Shown: positions 46,686 to 59,517, counted from the stretch's first letter. The stretch is 64,000 bases of DNA from an uncultured Haloferula sp. (GCA_965652295.1 CBFGTS010000015.1:41086-105085); one strand, 5' to 3'. Numbers and translations are program-made. Notes: generated from the letters alone by a model not told the origin.

Positions 46686-48656
46686 ATGCCCGCCCCCGAG
46701 CGCTTCATCGAAGCCGTCACCCGTCCCTTCGCGAAGCGAAACGCCGAGCTGCACCTCACTGCCCGCTCGTTTCTATCGAAAGCCTGCGAAAATGGATCCC
46801 TGGTGCGTCCTGAGTGCCTCAATGCCGCTACCCAGCGACTGGAGTCGAAATCGCCACGCCGGTGGTTCGCGGACTGGAAAATCCTCTTCTCACTGCTGGC
46901 CGCCGTCTCGGCCATCATCGGCCTCGGGCTCGGCTCCAAGGCCATCTTTCTCACCCGGAAGGCACTCCGAATGGAACCGGCGAGATCACTCGTGGAGGTC
47001 ACTGCTTCCCTTTCACCCGACGAGAAGCTTCTCCTTCATGGCGACACCACCAAGTTCGGCGCGGATCGCTACAAAGCCTTGTGGGATTCCGAGCCCGACA
47101 ATCCGGCCTATTTCGCCGACTACGCGCTGCGCCATGTTAGGGAGCACGACGACCTGCCTCCCGATTTCCTGGAAACGGCCGAGCGGCTGGACCCCGACAA
47201 CAGTTGGTTCGTGATTCTGGCAGCAGGTGTTGAAGCCAAGGGTGCCATCTCCTTAAAATCCAGACGACGATCGACGTATCGCATCGACGATGCAGAGGGT
47301 TTCGAGCGTGCCCTGAACTTGCTTCATCAGGCTGCGGATTGCTCCAGGTTCGACTCATATCAAGGAGCCCTCAGCTCGGAACGAATCGCCCTGCTGCCGG
47401 AACGGACGGATTTCGCCGATCAGTTCCTGCCTGTGGGCTACGTGGCAGGCTTGCCTTCCTCCTCCTTGGAAATGCGCTATGTCGCCACGGCAGCCAAGCT
47501 GCAGGCCGATCGATTGGCGGCCAGCAAGGATGCAGGGGCATTCCATCAGCTACTCGACGGCTACACGGACTGGCTGCGCCAATTCGCTACCGCACCGAAA
47601 GTTGCCATTGTCGATGCGCTGGTTCTCAGGGCCTGTCTCACCAGCCCATCCAAGGATTTCGCGGAGGTTGCCGAACAACTCGGACTCGCGCAGGAAGCGG
47701 AATTCTGGCTATCCATCCACGAATGGAGCGAGAGAGAGAAGATACGCCGGGAGGCGCTGAAGGAGGGTTCCGATATCTCCAGCCGATCGGGATTTCTTGC
47801 CGGCCTCGGCCTTTCCGTCACTTCCCGCCAAGTTGAAAACGGCCCGCAGCTCACGGAGCAAGACCTGAAGCCGTCCAGACTCATGGAACATGAACTTCTA
47901 TCACGCATCCTCGCAGCGGCAGGCGGGCAGCTTCTCGCCCTCATCCTCCTCGCCACGGCGCTCTACCGCTTCCGGTTCAGTCCGCTCCACAGGCATCTCT
48001 CCCACTCCCTCGAACGGCTCCTGACTCCGCTGGACCATCTATGGATCATGACGGCAGGCGTGCTTCTCCCCTTCGCCTTCTACTTGGGCATCTATCGCCT
48101 CACTCCCTTGGGCGGGCGGAACTGGAGCATCTCGGCCTCTCAATTCATCGTCCCTACCGGCCAGTTCACCGCGATGCTGGTGCTTGTCATTTCCCTTTCC
48201 GTGATCGTCTGCCGCCACCGGCTCAGGGTCCGCGGGCTGGAAATGAAAAGATCGCGGCTCTTATGGCTCCTCGTCGCCGGAAGTGCCATGGCCATCCCGC
48301 TTTTCGGCGCATCGTTTTTTGCCAATGGCCAGGGAAACAACCTCTCGCTTGGAGTCGCCGGACTCGTCGGCGTGCTCTTGCTCGTCCTTCTTTGTCGGGC
48401 CATCGCCGCCTTTTCGGATCGCAAGCCGAACACCATCCAGAAGCTCCTCGTCGCAGGGAACCTTCTGCCCGCCTACTCGCTCGCGATCCTGCTGATGACG
48501 GCTTCCATTCCCATCTACCACACCTTGGAAAAGCGGTGGATGGCCCGTGACCATCTCACCGAGATCACCCCGGAAGCCCCTGCCATGAGCCGCTACGAGT
48601 TCGAAGTCGCGCAAGCCGTGCAGGCCGAGGTTCGCCAGCTTCTTGCCACGGATTGA
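46686..48656 (+). CDS. hypothetical multi-pass membrane protein with large helical soluble domain
   Basis: 656-aa ORF; one N-terminal TM segment and about six C-terminal TM segments. Confidence 0.7.
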   Translation: MPAPERFIEAVTRPFAKRNAELHLTARSFLSKACENGSLVRPECLNAATQRLESKSPRRWFADWKILFSLLAAVSAIIGLGLGSKAIFLTRKALRMEPARSLVEVTASLSPDEKLLLHGDTTKFGADRYKALWDSEPDNPAYFADYALRHVREHDDLPPDFLETAERLDPDNSWFVILAAGVEAKGAISLKSRRRSTYRIDDAEGFERALNLLHQAADCSRFDSYQGALSSERIALLPERTDFADQFLPVGYVAGLPSSSLEMRYVATAAKLQADRLAASKDAGAFHQLLDGYTDWLRQFATAPKVAIVDALVLRACLTSPSKDFAEVAEQLGLAQEAEFWLSIHEWSEREKIRREALKEGSDISSRSGFLAGLGLSVTSRQVENGPQLTEQDLKPSRLMEHELLSRILAAAGGQLLALILLATALYRFRFSPLHRHLSHSLERLLTPLDHLWIMTAGVLLPFAFYLGIYRLTPLGGRNWSISASQFIVPTGQFTAMLVLVISLSVIVCRHRLRVRGLEMKRSRLLWLLVAGSAMAIPLFGASFFANGQGNNLSLGVAGLVGVLLLVLLCRAIAAFSDRKPNTIQKLLVAGNLLPAYSLAILLMTASIPIYHTLEKRWMARDHLTEITPEAPAMSRYEFEVAQAVQAEVRQLLATD

Positions 48657-48686
48657 TTCCCTCCCCGCCCGTCAGCCGACCGCACC

Positions 48687-49907
48687 TCAATCTCCATCAG
48701 GCTTCGCCAGATCCGTGACCGGGCTCGACGGATACACGAATTCCTCCACGGCCGGCGGAGACGCGGGGTTCAGCACCCCGGCATCCTCGCGCAGGTGCTC
48801 CGCCAGTTCCGGCAGCTTCCCGCGGATCCCTTCCACCACACAGCGGGCCAGCAGCCAGCTGCCGTAGTTATTATGATGGGTGCCATCCTGAAATGCGGAG
48901 CCAAGCCGGTCGCCCAAACCTTGGTAAAGCGTGCGGCTCATCTGATGAAGATCGATCAACGGCGTCTCCGTTTCCTTCGCGACCTCACGCACGGCATCCG
49001 GGTAGCCGCCCAAAGTGTCGCCTTTTACCCCCGACTTGCGCTCCATCGAGGTGACCAGCACCGGCTTGCCTCCCTTTTTTCGGATCGTCGCCACCGCTTC
49101 GGTCAAATTCTTCCGATAGATCTCCAGCGCGTCCGGGCGCTTGTCCTTCATGTCGTTGTGACCGAATTGGATCAGCACGTAATCGCCCGGTTTCAGGAAA
49201 TGATCCACCTGTTGAAAGCGCCCGGCACCAAGGGAACTGCGGACCGATTCGCCGGATTCGGCATGATTCGCCACCGCCACCTCGTCATCGAAGAACAAGG
49301 GCAGCATCTGCCCCCACGAATTCCATGGCTCGTAGGGTTGATCCGTCACCGTCGAGTCGCCCAGAAGGAACACGGTCGTCGCATCCGGCGCGGGCTCGAT
49401 CAACAGCGCGTCGATCGAAGGACGCTCTCCGTTGAACTCCAGGGTCAGCTTCCCATCCCAGTGCAGATAGGGCTTTTCCCGGTCCTTGAGCTTCACGCGT
49501 CCCTTTTCCCCGATCGACGGCGTGCGGACGTTCACAGTGAAAGAACTCACCCCGCTCTCTCCCGCGTCCAAAGTCTTCCCGAGGAGCATCAGGCGCCGGG
49601 ACTCCGCCTTGATCGTGGTGTCGGATGCTTCCTCCGGATCCCCGGTTTTCACCCGCACATGGTAGTTCCCCGGCGGCAGGGCGACGGAAAAATAGAATCC
49701 GCCCTCGCTGGTCACCGTGGAGGTCCGGTCCGACGGACTGCCGGAAAGATCAAAGCCATAACCCTTTTCCTCCGAGAATCTCTCGTCCGCGCGGACCCGG
49801 GTCCAACCTTCCGCGGCGGGGTCGCTGCCAAAGTCGAACTTCCACGACGCCGCCCCCTGAACCACGCCCGTCAAGGCGGCCGCCGCGACGCATTGCTTCC
49901 ATTTCAT
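48687..49907 (-). CDS. rhamnogalacturonan acetylesterase-like SGNH hydrolase (CE12-like)
   Basis: Signal peptide; FLLGDSTVTDQ..WNSWGQ, IQFGHND, DGTHHN. Confidence 0.88.
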   Translation of the reverse strand: MKWKQCVAAAALTGVVQGAASWKFDFGSDPAAEGWTRVRADERFSEEKGYGFDLSGSPSDRTSTVTSEGGFYFSVALPPGNYHVRVKTGDPEEASDTTIKAESRRLMLLGKTLDAGESGVSSFTVNVRTPSIGEKGRVKLKDREKPYLHWDGKLTLEFNGERPSIDALLIEPAPDATTVFLLGDSTVTDQPYEPWNSWGQMLPLFFDDEVAVANHAESGESVRSSLGAGRFQQVDHFLKPGDYVLIQFGHNDMKDKRPDALEIYRKNLTEAVATIRKKGGKPVLVTSMERKSGVKGDTLGGYPDAVREVAKETETPLIDLHQMSRTLYQGLGDRLGSAFQDGTHHNNYGSWLLARCVVEGIRGKLPELAEHLREDAGVLNPASPPAVEEFVYPSSPVTDLAKPDGD

Positions 49908-50119
49908 GCGTGGATTCTGACTTCTTCTTCCTTACACGCCATTCCCCGAAGCGGGCATCTTGGAGGTCGGAGGGTTCCACAAAGATCCTTCCGAATGATC
50001 GGACGGAGTGGGTAGCTCCCCGTCCCCCTGCCTTTCTCAGTGACCTCCTCCCATCTCTGTGCCTCAGTGACTGAAGAAAGTCCTTCCGCCTCAGGCGCAT
50101 GCAACACGGACGGAGACCC

Positions 50120-50156
50120 AAAAAAACGCCGTCCCCCGGAACCGGAGACAGCGTTT
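50120..50156 (-). terminator. rho-independent terminator of the atp operon
   Basis: Minus strand AAACGCTGTCTCCGG-TTC-CGGGGGACGGCG followed by 7 T, just after atpC. Confidence 0.8.
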
Positions 50157-50181
50157 GTAAAGAGTCCGGAACCGCTGCCCG

Positions 50182-50595
50182 TCAGTGGCGGTGGCGGCGC
50201 TTGATGTGAAGCTGGGCCAACGACTTGGCGATGATGCCCTGCAGGTGGGCGATCTCCTCGGCGTCGTCGTCGTGGGCCATGTTCGCGAGCTGCTCTTCGG
50301 CGCGCTGCATCGCTTCCTCGGCCTTGGCCTCATCGATCTGCTCCTCGCCGAGGGCCATGTCCGTGAGGACGTTGATTTTCTCCTGGGTCACTTCCGCAAA
50401 ACCGGAGCCGACCGCCATGGTGACGATCTTGCCTTCCGCTTCGTAGCGGAGTTCTCCGGGCTTCAGCGCCGAAACGAGCGCCGCGTGTCCTTCCAGAATA
50501 CCCAGCTCACCCTCCGCTCCGGGGAGCAGCACGTTGGCAACGGCACCCGAGAAGATTTTCCGCTCGGGGGTGACGATTTCGAGATGAAGAGACAT
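50182..50595 (-). CDS. atpC: ATP synthase F1 epsilon subunit
   Basis: LHLEIVTPE, PGAEGELGILEGHA, GFAEV. Confidence 0.95.
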   Translation of the reverse strand: MSLHLEIVTPERKIFSGAVANVLLPGAEGELGILEGHAALVSALKPGELRYEAEGKIVTMAVGSGFAEVTQEKINVLTDMALGEEQIDEAKAEEAMQRAEEQLANMAHDDDAEEIAHLQGIIAKSLAQLHIKRRHRH

Positions 50596-50600
50596 GCTGG

Positions 50601-50684
50601 GAGTTTTCAGTTTCTAGCCTTCAGTTTCCAGGTCCAGTCGTCCGGGGCTTCCCCTGAAAACTGAACACTGAAAACTAGCAAACT
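50601..50684. repeat. inverted heptamer-array element (same family as 11649-11753)
   Basis: 50654-50684 CTGAAAACTGAACACTGAAAACTAGCAAACT is the exact reverse complement of 11649-11679; degenerate partner arm at 50601-50631. Confidence 0.85.
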
Positions 50685-50693
50685 TCGTTGGGA

Positions 50694-52169
<1,476 letters not shown>

Positions 52170-52196
52170 TCAGTAAACGGTTTCAGTTTTCAGGTC

Positions 52197-52703
52197 TTAA
52201 AGTCGGACAAGGCGGGCTCGCTGCACCTCGTCAAGCTCGTCGATGGAGGCGAACTGAAGTTGCCCGGCATCGTGGCTGACGGAAGCGACCGGCTGGCCGC
52301 CGAAATTCACGTCATTCGGCAGCGTGTACATCGCACCGGTAAGAGGATCGACAATCACGAGGCCGATCAGGCCACCGATGAGGATATTGCCGGCATACCA
52401 GCCGGAAACCCGAGCCGTCAGCATTTGAGATCCAACGACTTTTCCGTTGCGGGAAAAGGTGAACGTATAGGCGGCGGGAACGAAATAGCTTGGGGAAGTA
52501 TCCAGGCGGATTTCGCCGGGAGTCGTTCCGTTCCCAACGACGACTCCGTCCTTATCGGTCACCTTGTAGGTCATGCCGGAAGGATTGCTCGCCACGCGAA
52601 CCGGCTGGGTCGTGCGGTTGAACACGGTGGCGCAATTGGAACACAAGAGCGAAGCACCCACGAGGGTAGCGGTGGCAATCGAACGGATTCGGAACGGATT
52701 CAT
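52197..52703 (-). CDS. putative lipoprotein (CAT-V..Q-x-V-x-V-x-S-x-P type) inside the atp operon
   Basis: Signal-like N-terminus ending LLCSNC; WYAGNILIGGLIGLVIVDPLTGAMY hydrophobic hairpin. Confidence 0.75.
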   Translation of the reverse strand: MNPFRIRSIATATLVGASLLCSNCATVFNRTTQPVRVASNPSGMTYKVTDKDGVVVGNGTTPGEIRLDTSPSYFVPAAYTFTFSRNGKVVGSQMLTARVSGWYAGNILIGGLIGLVIVDPLTGAMYTLPNDVNFGGQPVASVSHDAGQLQFASIDELDEVQRARLVRL

Positions 52704-52733
52704 GTTCGGAGAAAAAGAAGAAGCGGACGCACC

Positions 52734-53630
52734 TCACTCCATCGCCTTCATGGCGGTGGTGATTTCGAGAAGCTCGGCGGTGATGGCGGCCTGGCGGAGC
52801 TTGTTGTATTCGAGGGTGAGTTCCTTGATGAACTTCTTCGCGTTGTCGGTGGCGGCCTTCATGGCGACCATCCGCGCGGAGTGCTCGGAAGCGCGGCTTT
52901 CCACCAGCATCTGGTATACCTGGAAGTTGATGTAGAGCGGCAGCAGGGTCTCCAGCACGCCGACGGCGCTGGGCTCGAAAAGGTAGTCCTTGGAGAGCGC
53001 TTCGTCGTGGTTGGTTTCCCTCACCTCACCCCTGCCCACTCCTTCGTAGGATTGCTTCTCGCCGAGAGCGGCGGGAGAGATCGGCAGAAGCTGGACGAGG
53101 GTAGGCTCCTGAACGAGGGTGCTGACGTAGTTGTTGAAGGCGACGCTGACCTTGTCGTACTTGCCCTCGACGAAGAGCTTCGTCAGGAGCTTGGCGATCG
53201 GGCGGGCTTCGGCGAAGGGCACCGGGTCCTTGACCTCGAAGTCGGCGACCATTTCGCGGCCGGCCTTGCCAAGCTGGAGGCGCAGCTTGCGGCCGACGGT
53301 GACGAAGTGGGCGTCGGGCGAGACCTCGGCGCGGATCTTCTTGCCGAGGTTGGTGTTCAGCGCGCCGCAGAGGCCCTTGTCGGTGGAGATGACAAGGACC
53401 AGTTCCCGGCCACCCTCACGCTTCTCAAGCAGGTCGTGGGCTTCCTCGCCGGTGTTCTCCTTGAGGTTGACCAGCACCTGGTTGAGCAGGTCGGCGTAGT
53501 CCCGGCCGGCCACGGCCTGGTCCTGCGCCTTCTTCATCTTGGCCGCAGCGACGAGCTGCATCGCCCGGGTGATTTGGGCGGTGTTCTTGACCGACTTGAT
53601 GCGCCGGCGGATGTCGCGGAGGTTGGCCAT
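52734..53630 (-). CDS. atpG: ATP synthase F1 gamma subunit
   Basis: IKSVKNTAQITRAMQLVAAAK, DKGLCG, YNKLRQAAITAELLEI. Confidence 0.97.
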   Translation of the reverse strand: MANLRDIRRRIKSVKNTAQITRAMQLVAAAKMKKAQDQAVAGRDYADLLNQVLVNLKENTGEEAHDLLEKREGGRELVLVISTDKGLCGALNTNLGKKIRAEVSPDAHFVTVGRKLRLQLGKAGREMVADFEVKDPVPFAEARPIAKLLTKLFVEGKYDKVSVAFNNYVSTLVQEPTLVQLLPISPAALGEKQSYEGVGRGEVRETNHDEALSKDYLFEPSAVGVLETLLPLYINFQVYQMLVESRASEHSARMVAMKAATDNAKKFIKELTLEYNKLRQAAITAELLEITTAMKAME

Positions 53631-53683
53631 GGATCGAAGGAGCTAGGAGCGGAGAGCGGAAAGCAGGAGAGGAGGAACGCGGA

Positions 53684-55225
<1,542 letters not shown>

Positions 55226-55272
55226 GGTGAGAGTTTGCTAATTTTCAGTTTTCAGAGTTCAGCTGAACGAGG

Positions 55273-55665
55273 TCAGAAGGCTTGGGCGAGGCGGTCGAGG
55301 CGACCTTTGACGGTCCCGTCCCAGACATCGCTGCCCACGCGGACGCGCAGGCCGCCGAGCAGGGCGGGATCGACCTTGTATTCGAAAGTCAGGGAGTTGC
55401 CGTACTTGGTCCGGAGACCGGCGGCGACGCGTTCACGGGTCGCGGGATCGAGTTCCGCCGCGCTCTGCACCACGACGTGGCGGCGGTCCAGCTCGAGGCG
55501 CACGAGGCGCTTCAGGGCGATAAGAATACCCCGGTAGCCGCGCGGCTTCCCCTCGGCGATCCGCTTCACCGCCAGCGAGAGCTTGGCTTCATCGAGCCCG
55601 CTTTCATTCTGGCAGAGCCGGAAAATGCGGCGGGCGGTGGCGGTGGAAACCTTGGAGACCTTCAT
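55273..55665 (-). CDS. atpH: ATP synthase delta subunit (short form)
   Basis: VQSAAEL...KVDPALLGGLRVRVGSDVWDGTVKGRL; position between atpF and atpA. Confidence 0.9.
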   Translation of the reverse strand: MKVSKVSTATARRIFRLCQNESGLDEAKLSLAVKRIAEGKPRGYRGILIALKRLVRLELDRRHVVVQSAAELDPATRERVAAGLRTKYGNSLTFEYKVDPALLGGLRVRVGSDVWDGTVKGRLDRLAQAF

Positions 55666-55693
55666 GGCGAAGCGGCGGAGGGGAAAGTGGGGA

Positions 55694-56224
55694 TCAGGCT
55701 TCGACCTTGGTGAGCGCTTCCTCGTTGATGCGCTTGCGGTCGTCGTCGGAAAGCACCTTGCCGGTGACCTGGGCGGTGGTGGCGGTGACCAGGCGGCCGA
55801 ACTCCTTGCGCAGCTCGGCGGCGATCTGGGCGCGCTCGGCGGCGGCGGCGGCCTCGGCCTTGGTGAGGATCTGCTGGGCTTGGGAAACCGCCTCCTGGGC
55901 CTTGGCCTCGGAGAGAGCGACGGCGCTGTCCCGGGCTTCCTGGATCAGGCGGCCGGCGTCCTCATTGGCCTTGGCGATGGCGGCGGCGGTGGTCGCCTCG
56001 GACTCCGCGAGCTGCTGCTCGATGCGCTTGAGCTTCTCCTCACCCTCCGCGATGCGGGCCTTGCGCTGCTCAAGCATCTGCTGGATCGGGCCGAAGGCGA
56101 ACTTCTTGAGCACCCAGATGACGAGGAAGAAGTTGATGACCTGGGCTGCGAGAAGGGGCCCCTTGAAGCCAAACGGCGCAAGCGGTCCACCGGTTTCAAC
56201 GGCTGCGGCGAGAAGGGTCATCAT
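55694..56224 (-). CDS. atpF: ATP synthase F0 subunit b
   Basis: QVINFFLVIWVLKKFAFGPI...R..RI followed by Ala-rich coiled coil. Confidence 0.93.
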   Translation of the reverse strand: MMTLLAAAVETGGPLAPFGFKGPLLAAQVINFFLVIWVLKKFAFGPIQQMLEQRKARIAEGEEKLKRIEQQLAESEATTAAAIAKANEDAGRLIQEARDSAVALSEAKAQEAVSQAQQILTKAEAAAAAERAQIAAELRKEFGRLVTATTAQVTGKVLSDDDRKRINEEALTKVEA

Positions 56225-56301
56225 GGCAGGAGAGTCTTGAGGAGATCAGAAATCAAAGAAGTGGCCCGCCCGCGCTTGAGGCGGGGGCGGGCCGGAAGCA
56301 A

Positions 56302-56496
56302 TTAGAATCCGACGGCGAACGCGGAAAGGATGAAGATACCTTCCATGAGCGCGGCCAGAATGATCGAGATCACGAGGATCGGGGTAGCGGCACCGGGGTT
56401 GCGGCCGGTGGCTTCAGCGGCCTTGCCGCCGAGGATGCCGATGCCGAGAGCGGCACCGAGAGCGGCCAGGGAAACGGCGAATGCTTTGGTAAACAT
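56302..56496 (-). CDS. atpE: ATP synthase F0 subunit c
   Basis: LGAALGIGILG, RNP loop, ion-binding Glu in AALMEG. Confidence 0.93.
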   Translation of the reverse strand: MFTKAFAVSLAALGAALGIGILGGKAAEATGRNPGAATPILVISIILAALMEGIFILSAFAVGF

Positions 56497-56581
56497 GGTC
56501 TGTTTTGGTTGTATTGTTGTTGTTTCCAGCGACCCCCACAGTCTTTGCCATGGTCCGGCCGCCGAAAGTGTCGTTCGAGGA

Positions 56582-57475
56582 TCAGTGGTGTTCCTCGTCG
56601 CCGTGGTCGCAGATCAGTTTCAGGAAGATGGCGCACAGCAAGGTGAAAACGAGCGCCTGGACGAAGCCGACCAGCAGCTCCATGAAGTAGAACGGCAGGG
56701 CGGGAAGCCAGGCGAGAAAGGGTTGCAGCTTCTCGGGAATCAGCATCATCAGGCTCTCAAGCGTCTGCTCGCCGCCGTAGATGTTACCGAAAAGACGGAA
56801 GGACAGCGCCACCGGCCGGATGCCGATGGAGATCATTTCCAGCACACCGACGAAGAGGAACACCGGAATCATCATGATGAGCATGAAGCCGCTGAAATTG
56901 CCCTTGGGAGCGAAAATGTGGGCCGCGAATCCCTTGAAGCCGTTTTCGGTAATCGCCCAATAGAACCAGAGGATCGCAAAGATGATCGACATGGCCGCAG
57001 TCATGTTCAGGTCAGCGTTGCCACCCCGGAGGTAGGGAATGAAATGAAGGTGCCCGGCGGTGTCTGCCACGTAGCGGCCGACGGTGCCGACACCCGGGAT
57101 GAGGCCGAGGTAGTTGATCGTGAGAATGAAGAAGAAGATCGAACCGAAAAACCAGAAGGTGCGCTTGACGAGATGCGCGCCCAAGAGGCCTTCGAGGAAA
57201 TCGTAGAGGCTCTCGACCAGCCATTCGGCGAGGTTTTGAAGGCCTACGGGAACCAGGCTCATCTGCTTGGTGGCCGCACGGCAGAATAAAACGATCAGCC
57301 CCACTCCGATCCAGACCATGATCATGGAGTTCGTGATCGGGAGGAGATCATGGATCGCACGCTCGGCATAGAGCGGCAGCGCGTGGTGCTCCCCGCCATC
57401 AGCCGCCGCGAAAGCCGGGGCCAGGCTGACCAGCCAGGCAAAGAGCAGAGTGAGAACGGGATGTCGGGAAAGCAT
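56582..57475 (-). CDS. atpB: ATP synthase F0 subunit a
   Basis: NYLGLIPG, RPVALSFRLFGNIYGGE, ELLVGFVQALVFTLL. Confidence 0.95.
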   Translation of the reverse strand: MLSRHPVLTLLFAWLVSLAPAFAAADGGEHHALPLYAERAIHDLLPITNSMIMVWIGVGLIVLFCRAATKQMSLVPVGLQNLAEWLVESLYDFLEGLLGAHLVKRTFWFFGSIFFFILTINYLGLIPGVGTVGRYVADTAGHLHFIPYLRGGNADLNMTAAMSIIFAILWFYWAITENGFKGFAAHIFAPKGNFSGFMLIMMIPVFLFVGVLEMISIGIRPVALSFRLFGNIYGGEQTLESLMMLIPEKLQPFLAWLPALPFYFMELLVGFVQALVFTLLCAIFLKLICDHGDEEHH

Positions 57476-57544
57476 GGGAAGGTGTTCGCTAGCGACGGCG
57501 CGCGGGGGCTGTATCAGACCGCTTCGCGGAGGAGCAAGGTCCTT

Positions 57545-57562
57545 TTGTGAAAATTTTCACAA
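57545..57562. promoter_or_regulatory. Rex-box-like perfect palindrome TTGTGAAAATTTTCACAA
   Basis: Matches the established Rex operator consensus TTGTGAA-N4-TTCACAA; ~70 bp upstream of atpB. Confidence 0.75.
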
Positions 57563-57603
57563 GGTCGGTAATCCTTTGGTTTTCCGCATTTTATCGAGCC
57601 CTC

Positions 57604-58950
57604 TCACAGACCACAGCGGGACTGGTGGAGCGCCAGCTCCGCGGCCTGCCCGGTGAGCCAGCCGGCACTGCCGATGCCGCAGGCGGCGACCACCCGGAAT
57701 CCCTGCTGGAGCGCTTGGTGGATCAAGTCCTCGGCGGGGAGGCAGCGCCGGCCGCCGGTTTCAACCAGATCGAAGCGGAGGTTTTCCACCCCGTGATAGC
57801 CGCGGTAAACGACCTCGGTGCAGGCCAGGCGGTCGCTGCGGCGGAAGTCGAAAGCGAAATCGTAGGGCTTTCCCGCATGAACCCGGGCCCGCCCCAGGGC
57901 CTCCTCCACACCGCCCTCGCCGACCGGAGGGCGGAGGATGATGAAAGCATCGACCTGCAAGGTGTCCCCGAGCGGCCGGAAGCGGACTCCGTCTTTCCGC
58001 GCCTCGAGGAAATCCCCCTCCCCGGGAGCCGCCGCGTGTCCATAATAGAAGGCGGCGTGCGGCCAGAAGCCGGGAAGGAAGAGATTCGAAAGCGCGTCGT
58101 CGTGACGCGTCACAAAGACGTCGCCGGGCCGGGCGATCTCCCGCGCCCGGTCGCGGAGCGCGTCCGTCACCCGCTTCGGTGCCTCCGCCGGGCGCACGCC
58201 GGGCTGGCGGAGATCGGCGATGACCCGGCCGGACCAGCGGAACACGGTGAACTCGCCGGACTTCCACGCCGAATGGTGACGGCGCCGGAACGAGAACCAG
58301 CGGTAGCGCCACCTTTCGGCGAAGGCGGCGCGGCCGAGGTAGTCCGGGTGGCGGGCGCACTCCGCATCAAGAATCTCCAGCAGCCGCGCCCCCTCCGGGC
58401 GGACGGCCAAGGCGGAGAATTCATCGCGGCACGTCAGGAAATGATGGCGCGCCAGACGCAGCAGGCCCAGCCGGGCCAGATTGGTGGTGGCGCGGTATTG
58501 CCGGGCGAAGGTCTTGCGGCCGACGCCGCGAACCTCGTCGGCGAGGTCCAGCGTTTTGCGGACCGGGCGGCAGGCGTGGGCCAGCTCGATCCACCCCCGC
58601 GTCACCCGGACCAGCAGGAGCCCGGCGGCGAGCGCCGCCAGAAACGCCTCGGGCGCATGCCGCCAACCGGCTCCGGAACGACCGGCCTTGCGCTCCGCCG
58701 TTTCCAGGATCTGAAGCAACGCGGCCCTTCTAACAAGGTGTCGCGAGAACCTTGCGCGCAACATCTCGTCCTCCTCCGGCGTCAGGTATCCGCGCGTCAC
58801 GATCTCCTGCATCCCTTGAAAACAAAGGGCTGGCGGCCCGTCCTCTTGCAATGCGGAGACGATCCCCGCCAAGGTCGCGGCCACGCCGCCGGGTGGTTCG
58901 GCCGACCCAGGCTCGGGGCAGGGAACGGGGCATTCGAGGTCTGGGTTCAT
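57604..58950 (-). CDS. permuted papain-like NlpC/P60 (YiiX/YebB-like) protein
   Basis: RPGDVFVTR..LSNLFLPGFWPHAAFY ... GKPYDFAFDF..DRLACTEVV (His precedes Cys). Confidence 0.85.
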   Translation of the reverse strand: MNPDLECPVPCPEPGSAEPPGGVAATLAGIVSALQEDGPPALCFQGMQEIVTRGYLTPEEDEMLRARFSRHLVRRAALLQILETAERKAGRSGAGWRHAPEAFLAALAAGLLLVRVTRGWIELAHACRPVRKTLDLADEVRGVGRKTFARQYRATTNLARLGLLRLARHHFLTCRDEFSALAVRPEGARLLEILDAECARHPDYLGRAAFAERWRYRWFSFRRRHHSAWKSGEFTVFRWSGRVIADLRQPGVRPAEAPKRVTDALRDRAREIARPGDVFVTRHDDALSNLFLPGFWPHAAFYYGHAAAPGEGDFLEARKDGVRFRPLGDTLQVDAFIILRPPVGEGGVEEALGRARVHAGKPYDFAFDFRRSDRLACTEVVYRGYHGVENLRFDLVETGGRRCLPAEDLIHQALQQGFRVVAACGIGSAGWLTGQAAELALHQSRCGL

Positions 58951-59102
58951 CTACGGTTAGTTTAGTAGTTCGGGCCCGGGGAGGGCCCTCCCGAACGTGC
59001 GCCGGAGGCCCGCTATCCCTAGAGACTAGGGGATTTCAAGGCGAAAGAAGCCTTTATTTTAACTTGCCAAAGTTCGAGGCCGACCGCATTACCGTGCCTG
59101 CC

Positions 59103-59378
59103 ATGAACAAAGCTGAACTTGTTGAAGCCGTCCAAAAAGCCCTGGGTAAAGACGCCACCAAGCGTGCCGCCGAAGAAGCCCTTTCCGCCGTCCTCGATTC
59201 GATCGCCAAAGGCGTGAAGAAGGACAAGAAGGTCCAAATCATCGGCTTCGGCACCTTTGAGGTGAAGAAGCGCGCCGCTCGGATGGGTCGCAACCCCAAG
59301 ACCGGCGAAGCCATGAAGATCGCGGCCTCCAAGTCCGTCGGCTTCAAGGCCTCCTCCACCCTGAAGGGCAGCCTCTGA
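59103..59378 (+). CDS. hup: HU family DNA-binding protein
   Basis: MNKAELVEAV, VQIIGFGTFEV..RAARMGRNPKTGE. Confidence 0.95.
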   Translation: MNKAELVEAVQKALGKDATKRAAEEALSAVLDSIAKGVKKDKKVQIIGFGTFEVKKRAARMGRNPKTGEAMKIAASKSVGFKASSTLKGSL

Positions 59379-59448
59379 ACCCGGGTCCGGGACGGGCGGG
59401 CCGCCATCGCGGCCCGGCCGGAAACCGGCTCCACCCGAAATCCAACCG

Positions 59449-59479
59449 AAAAACCCCGGCCCGAAAGGCCGGGGTTTTT
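59449..59479. terminator. bidirectional rho-independent terminator
   Basis: AAAAACCCCGGCC-CGAAA-GGCCGGGGTTTTT between convergent hup and TM2 genes. Confidence 0.85.
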
Positions 59480-59517
59480 GCATCTGGCGCGAAGGCGGCC
59501 AGCCCACGGAGCCTAGG

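Noticed and set aside
56302..56496. Na+-translocating or N-type ATPase
   Set aside because: c subunit lacks the Gln and Glu-Ser/Thr Na+ ligands; gene order is standard atpBEFHAGDC
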